From: a virus
Taxonomy: Duplodnaviria; Caudoviricetes
Virus record (IMG/VR): IMGVR_UViG_3300042343_001090
Span: 1 to 24,869 of that record
Length of the DNA stretch: 24,869 bases
Reading direction: 5' to 3' (one strand)
Shown: one piece after another, positions 17,122 through 24,869 of the stretch
How positions within the stretch are numbered: position 1 is the first letter of the stretch
How the letters are laid out: the number at the start of each line of letters is the position of its first letter
Program-made: the position numbers and the translations under genes
Notes under the pieces: model-generated
Database searches by the model: none
Told to the model about the DNA's origin: nothing
What the model saw: the letters and a program-made list of their open reading frames with translations, nothing else

Positions 17122-18578
17122 GCCCCAACCTTATATATACCTTCAAAACTTTTTACCCATGCAACACCGTTCCATAAGTATTGTATACCGGTATACAAAT
17201 TAGTTTGCCATATCATAGTATCATATTCGTTTTGAGAATCAAAAATTACAATCCACTTAGTACCGTTCCATTCAATTATATCATTTTCATGAGCAATTAA
17301 CTCGCTATCATCTAATCCTTTCCAAGCATCTGCACCGTCTGCATTTAGCGCAGAACCAATGTCTTCTATTAATAATAATCGCAAACCAGGTGCTAACGGT
17401 TGTTCAATATCTTGACTTATTGGATAACGTGGATCATATGTTAATGGATTTATAATTGCATCAAATGTTCCAGGACTATTTATTCTATTATTATTTGGAT
17501 TCCACTCAAAATCTGTATCCAAATGGCCGTCACTGTCTATACCAGTATTAGAATTTAACGTATCTACATCCCAGTTTACATGCAAAATTGTTTCGTCAAT
17601 ATCATCTGTTGTTACAGTCCCGTTAATTTCTGTTCTGTTATGTTGACTTAGGAATAATCTACTTACACCGGATACAAACTTTTTAGGATATAAATCTAAT
17701 ACTTGATTCCAGTTAACTGGTAATGATGCAGGTTCCGGCATATCAAATGACAAATTGTTTTTTAAATTACTTTCAGTTGAATTAAGGAGTGTTACACGGT
17801 TGTTATATACTTCAATTGTATAATCTTCCATTACTGTAACAACTTCTGTTAACAATGTTGACGGCAGTGACTCCGGAACAATGTAATCAGATCCAAACCC
17901 TGAAATATAATTTGAATTTACATCGTGTATTCCTGAAATAACTTTTGTAATAACACCCATTTGTTTAACTTTAATAGGAGGACTAATCCATATAGGCGTA
18001 CTTAATGTTAATGTACCAATGTCTATTGGCGTGTCTGTACCAACAGGAATAGCCTTGCTTGACCATGTAACACTGTCTAAATTTAGCACAGTTATACTAG
18101 TCCAGTCTACGTAGTTATCAGTAGTTTGCAATTCTAAACTAGGATTAAACCACATTAAGATTTGTTCCATAATCTGTAGCTTTTGATCAGTACTTGCTGT
18201 CCATATGTCAACTTTCATAGTTAACTTAAATGGTGTTGGCATCAATCTTTCTATTGTATAGTTACGTCCTGAATTATTAGTATACGCATTTCCGTTAATA
18301 TCACGTTCTCTAATTTGTTTTTTGCTAACAAACGTAGAATCTGATAATCGTTCTCGATCTAATTCTAAACCGTATATGTATACACTAATTCTTGGTATTG
18401 AGTTTACAGAATTTTCAGAATTTTGTCTAATAATAGTTGCAGCTTGTCTATCAGCATCACCGTATGCAACTGGTACACGATGCAACGTGCCGTCGCTATA
18501 TCGAACGGTAAATTCGCTTAAAACTCTTATTGTTTGCGTAACGTACCGTCTTATGGCGCCGTCGTAAAAATGTTGCAT
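17103..18578 (-). CDS. gp15: T4 gp15-like tail sheath stabiliser / tail terminator with C-terminal extension
   Basis: N-terminal FYDGAIRRY...VPVAYG...PRIS...PTPFKL...QIMEQILMWFNP pattern of gp15 homologues; AGGAG upstream; neck-gene context. Confidence 0.8.
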   Translation of the reverse strand: MQHFYDGAIRRYVTQTIRVLSEFTVRYSDGTLHRVPVAYGDADRQAATIIRQNSENSVNSIPRISVYIYGLELDRERLSDSTFVSKKQIRERDINGNAYTNNSGRNYTIERLMPTPFKLTMKVDIWTASTDQKLQIMEQILMWFNPSLELQTTDNYVDWTSITVLNLDSVTWSSKAIPVGTDTPIDIGTLTLSTPIWISPPIKVKQMGVITKVISGIHDVNSNYISGFGSDYIVPESLPSTLLTEVVTVMEDYTIEVYNNRVTLLNSTESNLKNNLSFDMPEPASLPVNWNQVLDLYPKKFVSGVSRLFLSQHNRTEINGTVTTDDIDETILHVNWDVDTLNSNTGIDSDGHLDTDFEWNPNNNRINSPGTFDAIINPLTYDPRYPISQDIEQPLAPGLRLLLIEDIGSALNADGADAWKGLDDSELIAHENDIIEWNGTKWIVIFDSQNEYDTMIWQTNLYTGIQYLWNGVAWVKSFEGIYKVGAWRLEI

Positions 18579-18600
18579 ATAATCTCCTTTTACTTATATA

Positions 18601-20022
18601 TTATAAATCTGCCTTTGGTTTAAGTGCTTTTGATAAACTTTGACGTTCTGCTTCTCTATGGTTATACATACTAACACGCCATGCACCGTCAAACGGAATA
18701 GTAACCTGTGTATCATCAATTATTGGCAATGTTACTTTAATTACAGAATCTTCAACTGTGCATAACAATTCATAGTCTGCAATTGCAAAATCTAAAATTG
18801 TAACTTCTAACTTAAGAACTAGATATAATCCAACAATATTTTCGTTAATTGCAGTAACAAATTCTGTATCGCCTTTGAATAGTTTAACGTAATCTGTTGC
18901 AATTTCGTCAGTATACATAAACTTATTATTGTTAATAAATCCAGCTTTTAATGTTTGTCTTGAATCTGTATTTGTTAACGTCATACGTACATTATCCTCA
19001 ACTTTTAACCATCGTTGGCCATTAAACATAAACAATCTATTTGGTAAGAAATCAAGCCTTAAAAAATAATCGTCCTTAGCTACCATTTCTGGGAAACGAA
19101 TCCCTTGTCCAAATACATAGCCATTAGGCGGATATCCGTCACCAAATAAGTAACCTGTATAACCGGTGCGTAACGGTATTGCATTAAGACTGGCTGCATT
19201 AATGTTTGAATTACCATCAACTAATTGACTAGCATAGCTAGTATCTATTTCATCAGAATCAACTGTAGTTAACAATGTTTGTCCTGTAATAGGATCAGTT
19301 GCCAATGTATAAAAATGTCTAGTTTCAAAACCACTTAACGGCGAGTCAGCTTCGGCTTGTCTTACTATTGCATCGTTTATTTCTAGTTCTTTATTACGAG
19401 TACTTAATAAATCACGTAATGCATAATTAGAATCTTCACCTGCTGGTTTATCCAATATATCAGAAAATTGTTGACTATCTGTAAGTTTTTTAAGTTTAAT
19501 TCTGTACAAATGCGGATACCATGTAGCACTATATCCTTCACTAGGTCGATCAACTTCTTCTATAACAAAGAATCTAGGCATACTTACATCAAAGTCGTTT
19601 AATGCAAAGTCGTCTTTTAAATGAGGTAATTCCATCACATCGCCCGCTAATGGTTTACGACCGAGTGATGTAATAATATCGTTAAGGTGTACTGTCATGA
19701 ATACAGTGTCGTTATCAATAAACAAACCAAACTGGCTTAAATTAAAATTAAGATTTTGAAGTTGATAATGCCCGCGAATTCGATAGATTTCTTCTTCATA
19801 TTTGCGATCACGATTTTCTAAAAACAATAAATCTTGAATATTTGTTTCTTTAATTACATCGTAAATTGGTTGATCAGCTGTTCCTTCTAAAGGATTTTTT
19901 GGTCCTAAATATTTGTGAACATAAACATCTGTACCTCCAACTTGAAACATCATTGATATTTGACGATCAATGAATCTATAATTATTTCCTTTCTCAGGTT
20001 TGTATAAACTTAATCTGGGCAA
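18601..20022 (-). CDS. gp14: T4 gp14-like neck / head-completion protein with C-terminal extension
   Basis: GGTDVYV, LSQFGLF, KPLAGDVMELP and FFVIEEV match the gp14 pattern; TTG start with AAGGAG 7 nt upstream. Confidence 0.72.
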   Translation of the reverse strand: MPRLSLYKPEKGNNYRFIDRQISMMFQVGGTDVYVHKYLGPKNPLEGTADQPIYDVIKETNIQDLLFLENRDRKYEEEIYRIRGHYQLQNLNFNLSQFGLFIDNDTVFMTVHLNDIITSLGRKPLAGDVMELPHLKDDFALNDFDVSMPRFFVIEEVDRPSEGYSATWYPHLYRIKLKKLTDSQQFSDILDKPAGEDSNYALRDLLSTRNKELEINDAIVRQAEADSPLSGFETRHFYTLATDPITGQTLLTTVDSDEIDTSYASQLVDGNSNINAASLNAIPLRTGYTGYLFGDGYPPNGYVFGQGIRFPEMVAKDDYFLRLDFLPNRLFMFNGQRWLKVEDNVRMTLTNTDSRQTLKAGFINNNKFMYTDEIATDYVKLFKGDTEFVTAINENIVGLYLVLKLEVTILDFAIADYELLCTVEDSVIKVTLPIIDDTQVTIPFDGAWRVSMYNHREAERQSLSKALKPKADL

Positions 20023-20046
20023 AGTACTTCTCCTTGAGTGTTATCA

Positions 20047-20054
20047 TATTTATC
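20047..20054 (-). promoter_or_regulatory. Late promoter-like GATAAATA for the gp14-gp15-Nudix block, overlapping the HNH stop codon
   Basis: Minus strand reads AGA TAA ATA TGA TAA; motif ends 24 nt before TTG 20022. Confidence 0.65.
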
Positions 20055-20835
20055 TTACGATAGATCTACAGTTATCTCCGTGCCATCTATTATAATTACA
20101 TTTAACACATTCTACACCACAATGCTCACATTTATATTTTGTTCTTTGTAATGCTAGTTTTGACATTTTCTGTTTTACTTCATCAGTATGCGTAACACCT
20201 AGGTTCCATGGTGTTCTACCTTGTGCTTTTTCTGATATTTTCTTTCTAGCTTCTGCTGTATGAGTATTGCCATACATTGGGTTGTTTTTACCTGCTAATC
20301 TTCCTTTATTTGCTTTAGAGATTTTAGCTCGAGTTTCAGCTGAAACATTTTTTCCTTTATTAGCAGCACTTAGTTTAGCTCGAATTTTGTCAGTAATTAC
20401 ATAATTTGAGTTTGCCCGTGAAATCGCAATTTTTGCTAACGTTTCTAGAGTATGGGTCTTTCCATACATGTGATTCTTATCACCTCTCTGTTGTTCGCTA
20501 AACATTTTTGAATAATTCTTTTTAAAACTTTCAAACTTTCTACTAGATACTTTATAACGATCTTGCACCGGTGAAGTCATGTATAGCATACAATTAAATG
20601 CCTTACTTAATTGAAATTTTTCTCTAGTAGAATTTACCATTTTAGTAAGTAAGTGATGACATATAAAATGTTCTCTAGCTGTTAGAATAACTAAATTATC
20701 TTTTTTATTAGATCCGCCTAAACATTTTGGTATAATATGATGACGTTCAGTATATCCTAATAATGATTCTCTTGTCTGCGCTGATTTGATTATATTAAAA
20801 TAGATGTTGGTATATTTATTATTGATAAATATCAT
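20050..20835 (-). CDS. Free-standing HNH homing endonuclease with NUMOD3-like repeats and a C-terminal Zn-finger-like motif
   Basis: ERHHIIPKCLGGSNKKDNLVILTAREHFICHHLL (HNH); NHMYGKTHT, NPMYGNTHT, PWNLGVTHT repeats; CEHC...WHGDNC; GGAGG 9 nt upstream. Confidence 0.92.
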   Translation of the reverse strand: MIFINNKYTNIYFNIIKSAQTRESLLGYTERHHIIPKCLGGSNKKDNLVILTAREHFICHHLLTKMVNSTREKFQLSKAFNCMLYMTSPVQDRYKVSSRKFESFKKNYSKMFSEQQRGDKNHMYGKTHTLETLAKIAISRANSNYVITDKIRAKLSAANKGKNVSAETRAKISKANKGRLAGKNNPMYGNTHTAEARKKISEKAQGRTPWNLGVTHTDEVKQKMSKLALQRTKYKCEHCGVECVKCNYNRWHGDNCRSIVR

Positions 20836-20840
20836 TGTTG

Positions 20841-20904
20841 ATGTCCTCCTTTGACATTAAGGTAGTTGGGAATTGCCGTTCCGCGAACTACATTTTTATT
20901 TATC
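20841..20904 (-). promoter_or_regulatory. Late promoter-like GATAAATA (20897-20904) plus two-hairpin leader of the HNH gene
   Basis: Minus strand: GATAAATA, then GTAGTT-CGC-GGAA-CGGCAA-TTCC-C-AACTAC (20862-20891) and ATGTC-AAAGGAG-GACAT (20841-20857), which contains the SD. Confidence 0.6.
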
Positions 20905-20928
20905 ACAGAAATACTACGGAGTAAGATT

Positions 20929-21699
20929 ATGTCTGACGACACATCCTCGTTGATAGAACGAAATAAAGTATTTGAATATGTTAGAACTCTACTTGGCGAA
21001 GGTATGATTGATCTGGACCTCGACCCTATTCATTACGAAACTGCATTAGACAGAGCATTAACACGCTTTAGACAACGCAGTCCAAATGCTGTAGAAGAAA
21101 GTTACAGCTTTTTAGAATTAATACAAGATCAAAACGATTACAGATTGCCTGATGAGATTATAGAAGTACAAAGTGTATTTAGACGTGCTATTGGTTCACG
21201 GTCTGGTATAGGTGCAGGCGGCACATTATTTGAACCATTTAACTTAGCATACACTAACACTTACTTAATGAGTGGAAGTATGATGGGCGGACTTGCAACT
21301 TACGAATTATTTGCAGGATATCAAAAATTAGTTGGTAAAATGTTTGGTAGTTATATTGAATTCAAATGGAAACCACAAAGCCATATCTTAACAATCTTAC
21401 AACGACCATTTGCAAACGGTGAACAAATATTAATCAAATCATATAACTATCGCCCTGATTTTGTATTGTTAACTGATATCTATGCAAAGCAATGGTTGCG
21501 TGATTACACACTTGCAACGTGTAAAATCATGTTAGGAGAAGCACGTAGTCTTTTTTCAACTATTGCAGGCCCAGGAGGTGGTATTACACTAAACGGTAAT
21601 GACATGAAAACTGCAGGTAAAGAAGAACTTGTTGCGCTTGACAAAGAACTTGAAACATTTATTGCTGGCGGTACTGGGTATTCGTTCATTATAGGTTAG
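20929..21699 (+). CDS. gp13: T4 gp13-like neck protein (head-tail adaptor)
   Basis: YVRTLLGEGMIDLDL...ALDRAL and WLRDYTLATCKIMLGEARS...PGGGITLNG; ATG 20929 has GGAG 7 nt upstream and is preferred to TTG 20866. Confidence 0.85.
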   Translation: MSDDTSSLIERNKVFEYVRTLLGEGMIDLDLDPIHYETALDRALTRFRQRSPNAVEESYSFLELIQDQNDYRLPDEIIEVQSVFRRAIGSRSGIGAGGTLFEPFNLAYTNTYLMSGSMMGGLATYELFAGYQKLVGKMFGSYIEFKWKPQSHILTILQRPFANGEQILIKSYNYRPDFVLLTDIYAKQWLRDYTLATCKIMLGEARSLFSTIAGPGGGITLNGNDMKTAGKEELVALDKELETFIAGGTGYSFIIG

Positions 21700-21700
21700 A

Positions 21701-21729
21701 TTGACAAACTTCTAAAAATAGTGTATAAT
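21701..21729 (+). promoter_or_regulatory. Consensus sigma70 promoter
   Basis: TTGACA (21701-21706), 17-nt spacer, TATAAT (21724-21729), then AGGAG and ATG 21749. Confidence 0.9.
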
Positions 21730-21748
21730 GCTTTTTTAGGAGAATTTT

Positions 21749-22366
21749 ATGATAATTGGAATTGTAGGAAACATAGGTGAAGGCAAAGACACGATTGCCG
21801 AATACTTAGTAAATGAGCATAACTTTAAACGTGAAAGTTTTGCAGGTACATTAAAAGATGCAGTTGCTGCAGTATTTGGATGGGATAGAACATTACTCGA
21901 AGGTCAAACTAAAGAGTCAAGAGAATGGCGTGAACAAGTTGATCAATGGTGGGCAGATAAATTAAGAATGCCGCAATTGACACCGCGATTAATACTGCAA
22001 TTATGGGGTACTGAAGTTGGTAGACGAAGTTTCCATGACGATATTTGGATTGCTAGTTTAGAAAACAAATTACGTAATGTAGGTACTGATGTAGTTATAA
22101 GCGATTGTAGATTTCCTAACGAGTTTGAAACTATTAAAAATTTAGGTGGTATTATAATTCGGGTAAAACGCGGTCCTGAACCAGAATGGTATCAATTTGT
22201 TAACGGCGCATTAACTGGTAATATAGATGACATACTAATGTTAAAACAATACGGAATTCATGAAAGTGAATGGGCATGGTACGGGTTAACAGTTGATCAT
22301 GTACTTGAAAATAACGACACACTTGATTCGTTATACGCAAAAGTAATAGAAATAGTTAAGGTTTAA
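21749..22366 (+). CDS. Deoxynucleoside monophosphate kinase (T4 gp1-like)
   Basis: IIGIVGNIGEGKDT, SFAGTLKD, TPRLILQLWGTEVGR, VISDCRFPNE and HESE motifs. Confidence 0.93.
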   Translation: MIIGIVGNIGEGKDTIAEYLVNEHNFKRESFAGTLKDAVAAVFGWDRTLLEGQTKESREWREQVDQWWADKLRMPQLTPRLILQLWGTEVGRRSFHDDIWIASLENKLRNVGTDVVISDCRFPNEFETIKNLGGIIIRVKRGPEPEWYQFVNGALTGNIDDILMLKQYGIHESEWAWYGLTVDHVLENNDTLDSLYAKVIEIVKV

Positions 22367-22387
22367 TGCTATAAAATTACAATTTAC

Positions 22388-22395
22388 TATAAATA
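22388..22395 (+). promoter_or_regulatory. Canonical T4 late promoter TATAAATA
   Basis: Exact consensus ending 33 nt before the sheath ATG, with GGAG in between. Confidence 0.85.
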
Positions 22396-22428
22396 CAGTT
22401 AGAACTTGTATATATGGAGATTATAATT

Positions 22429-24869
22429 ATGGCTCAACTTAGTTCACCAGGTGTAAGCGTTACAGTTGAAGACGAAAGTTTTTATACTTCCGCTGGCGCC
22501 GGTACAATACCCTTAATTTTTGTTGCCTCTGCTTCAAATAAATTAAACGGGTCAAAAACAGGGATTGCTCCTGGAACCTTAGCAAAAAACGACGGTAAAG
22601 TATATTTACTTACTAGTCAAAAAGATTTAATTGATACCTTTGGTACACCGGTATTTAAAACTGACACAAGCAATAATCCAATTCATGCAGGCGAGCAAAA
22701 CGAATATGGTTTGCAAGCTGCTTACAGCTATTTAGGTGTGAGTAATCGTGCATATGTCGCGCGTGCATCAATTGACTTAGAACAACTTAATGGACAAGCA
22801 ACTATCCCAGGTGGTGTACCTGCTGACGGAACTGTATGGTTAGAAACAAACAGTACTCAATGGGGATTGTTTTCGTGGAACTCGGCTCTTCAAAATGTAC
22901 CATCAGGTCAAACATTTACTAGCATTGTTCCTCTTGTTATTACTGATGTAACTAAAGTATTAAACTTTGCTGCAGGTGATTATACACCAAAAGCAAGCAT
23001 CGGATCAAGTGGTAATTATGCAATAGTTGCAGTATCTAGTCTTGTTAAATTATGGTATAAAACATTTGAATCATTTAATCCTGCAGGTACTTGGGTAGAA
23101 GTCGGGTCACCTGATTGGACATCTAGTATTCCTACTGTTAAAGCAGGAAAAAGTTCAGTTGAACTTTTAGCAACTGATTCAATTACGATTAATGATCAAA
23201 TATTAACTGGACATACATCTTTAGAAGATTTAGTTCTTGCAATTAATAGTATTGAAGTATTATCTGACGCAGGTATTGCTGCTGCATCAATTAACAACAC
23301 GTTAGAAATTTATTCAACTGGTGTAGCTGTTGACTTAAACGGCACTAGTAGTAGTACTGCTGAGAAATTTGAATTTGGATTTACTGTTGATACAAACGAT
23401 TCAACTATATTTAAAGCACCTGTTTTACATATTTCAGAGCATACCGACGTACCATTATTTAAACGTAAAGATGAAATTAACGCAGATACTGTAAACGGTA
23501 TTCCAACTGGATCTATATGGGTTAAAATTACAAACGTAAATAAAGGCGCTGATATTGTTGTTAGTAAATATAGTGCAAAAACTGCATCATGGGTTGGCGC
23601 AAAAGCACCACTGTATGCTAACGGTCGCGCTGCATTAGCTGGGCTTGATCCAACAGGCGGCGGTATTAACATTGCAGGAAATACGTTGTATGTTAAGTAT
23701 AATGTTGGTGAATCAGTAAAACCGTATGCATCATTTAAAATGTATCGTCGTGCCGATGTCTCTGCTACTACTATTGAGTCTGGAATAATTACAATCAGTA
23801 CGTTCCCATCAGGTGACTATTCGTTTAAAGTTAAAGAAAGCCAATTAGGTTCTACTGTATTACTTGAAAGAACGATATCATTTAATGTATCAGCTACTGA
23901 AACAGTTGCTAATATTATTCAAGAAATCTTAACTAAAATTAATATCCCAACTGCACACAGTAATGTTCATGCAGAATTAGTAGGCGCTAACAAAATTCGT
24001 ATTTCTCACATTATTGGCGGAGATATTGAATTTGAAGATATTGGCGGACAACCATTGAAAAAATTGTTTGATCCTAATTTAACTACTAATTTCTATCAAC
24101 ATAGTAATGACGAAGCAACTAATGCTGCTGATTTATATATTGCAAGTTTATGGTCTGAATACAATACTGACAGAGATGCATCATTTGTAGTTCCAAGTGA
24201 TTCAGCTCCATTAGGTAATCCTGCAGACGGTCAAATTTGGTATGATGCTAACAGAGACGACGTTGATATTATGGTAAAAGACGGCACTACATGGAGAGCG
24301 TATCGTAACGTTGACCATGGTCAAGGTGTTGGTGCAACTGATCCAAAAGGTCCAATCATTAGTGCATCTAGACCAACATTACAATCTGACAAAACTGCAC
24401 TTGTAGATGGTGATCTTTGGATTGATACTTCAGACGAAGAAAATTATCCGCAGATTTATAGATATAACAACTTTCCTAAAGAATGGCAGTTAATTGATAA
24501 ATCAGATCAAACTACAGAAAACGGTGTTTTATTTGCCGATGCAAGATGGAACAACAATGGTGTTGCAACTGAGCCATCGACAATTCACGAATTACTAGGC
24601 GGCTTTGGATTAAGCGACGCTGATAGAGCAGCTGCTGATTTCGTAGACTTTGATGCGCCAAATCCAAAATTATATCCAAAAGGTATGTTATTGTGGAATT
24701 TGCGTAGAAGCGGATTTAACGTTAAACGTTTTGCAAAAAATTATGTTAACGTATTAACTCGTAATTTGAGATTTAACAGCGAAGCAATGGTTAACTATAA
24801 TCCAAATACATGGATTAGCGAAGCTGCTAACAATGAAGACGGATCAGGTGCATTTGGTCGTTTTGCACA
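22429..24869 (+). CDS. gp18: Contractile tail sheath protein (T4 gp18-like), 3'-truncated by the window; absent from the ORF track
   Basis: ATG 22429: MAQLSSPGVSVTVEDESFY...LLTSQKDLIDTFGTP...NEYGLQAAYSYLGVSNRAYVARA; the frame appears open to the window end (813 codons). Confidence 0.9.
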   Translation, partial: MAQLSSPGVSVTVEDESFYTSAGAGTIPLIFVASASNKLNGSKTGIAPGTLAKNDGKVYLLTSQKDLIDTFGTPVFKTDTSNNPIHAGEQNEYGLQAAYSYLGVSNRAYVARASIDLEQLNGQATIPGGVPADGTVWLETNSTQWGLFSWNSALQNVPSGQTFTSIVPLVITDVTKVLNFAAGDYTPKASIGSSGNYAIVAVSSLVKLWYKTFESFNPAGTWVEVGSPDWTSSIPTVKAGKSSVELLATDSITINDQILTGHTSLEDLVLAINSIEVLSDAGIAAASINNTLEIYSTGVAVDLNGTSSSTAEKFEFGFTVDTNDSTIFKAPVLHISEHTDVPLFKRKDEINADTVNGIPTGSIWVKITNVNKGADIVVSKYSAKTASWVGAKAPLYANGRAALAGLDPTGGGINIAGNTLYVKYNVGESVKPYASFKMYRRADVSATTIESGIITISTFPSGDYSFKVKESQLGSTVLLERTISFNVSATETVANIIQEILTKINIPTAHSNVHAELVGANKIRISHIIGGDIEFEDIGGQPLKKLFDPNLTTNFYQHSNDEATNAADLYIASLWSEYNTDRDASFVVPSDSAPLGNPADGQIWYDANRDDVDIMVKDGTTWRAYRNVDHGQGVGATDPKGPIISASRPTLQSDKTALVDGDLWIDTSDEENYPQIYRYNNFPKEWQLIDKSDQTTENGVLFADARWNNNGVATEPSTIHELLGGFGLSDADRAAADFVDFDAPNPKLYPKGMLLWNLRRSGFNVKRFAKNYVNVLTRNLRFNSEAMVNYNPNTWISEAANNEDGSGAFGRFA

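Noticed and set aside
20866-20928. N-terminal extension of gp13 from TTG 20866
   Set aside because: It crosses the HNH leader and promoter region; ATG 20929 has a well-spaced GGAG.
4039-23672. Remaining short opposite-strand ORFs in the track (for example 4039..4230, 7408..7644, 11341..11823, 18322..18567, 23310..23672)
   Set aside because: They lie opposite well-supported genes and show no motifs.
1-24869. Stop-codon reassignment, tRNA genes, introns or inteins
   Set aside because: TAA, TAG and TGA all end apparently complete genes; no cloverleaf or split gene was seen, and the HNH gene is intergenic.

Overview
AT-rich segment of a large T4-like myovirus (phage) genome; all CDSs read in the standard bacterial code. 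Left to right: (i) the 3' part of a long tail-fibre-like gene made of 51-nt/17-aa NTTGxNNFAQGYxAL repeats, a small fibre-associated gene and a decayed relic resembling a Peptidase S74 chaperone tail; (ii) a 7.1-kb cluster, mostly translationally coupled, behind a late-type ATAAATA motif, encoding three glycosyltransferase-like proteins, two methyltransferase-like proteins, a sulfotransferase, a NodU/CmcH carbamoyltransferase, a hypothetical protein and an APS-kinase-like protein; (iii) two more fibre-like genes, one a 1453-aa Ser/Thr-rich FN3 protein; (iv) a minus-strand block of HNH endonuclease, gp14-like, gp15-like and Nudix genes; (v) gp13-like neck, dNMP kinase behind a consensus sigma70 promoter, and the start of a large tail sheath gene. 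The best candidate for a new system is the glycosylation/sulfation/carbamoylation/methylation cluster between fibre genes, a putative virion-glycan decoration pathway. Two small gene fossils (an internally deleted Nudix copy at 11103-11222 and the S74-like relic at 3781-3973) appear to record fibre-module exchange. Product calls are from motif recognition by eye; no searches were run.
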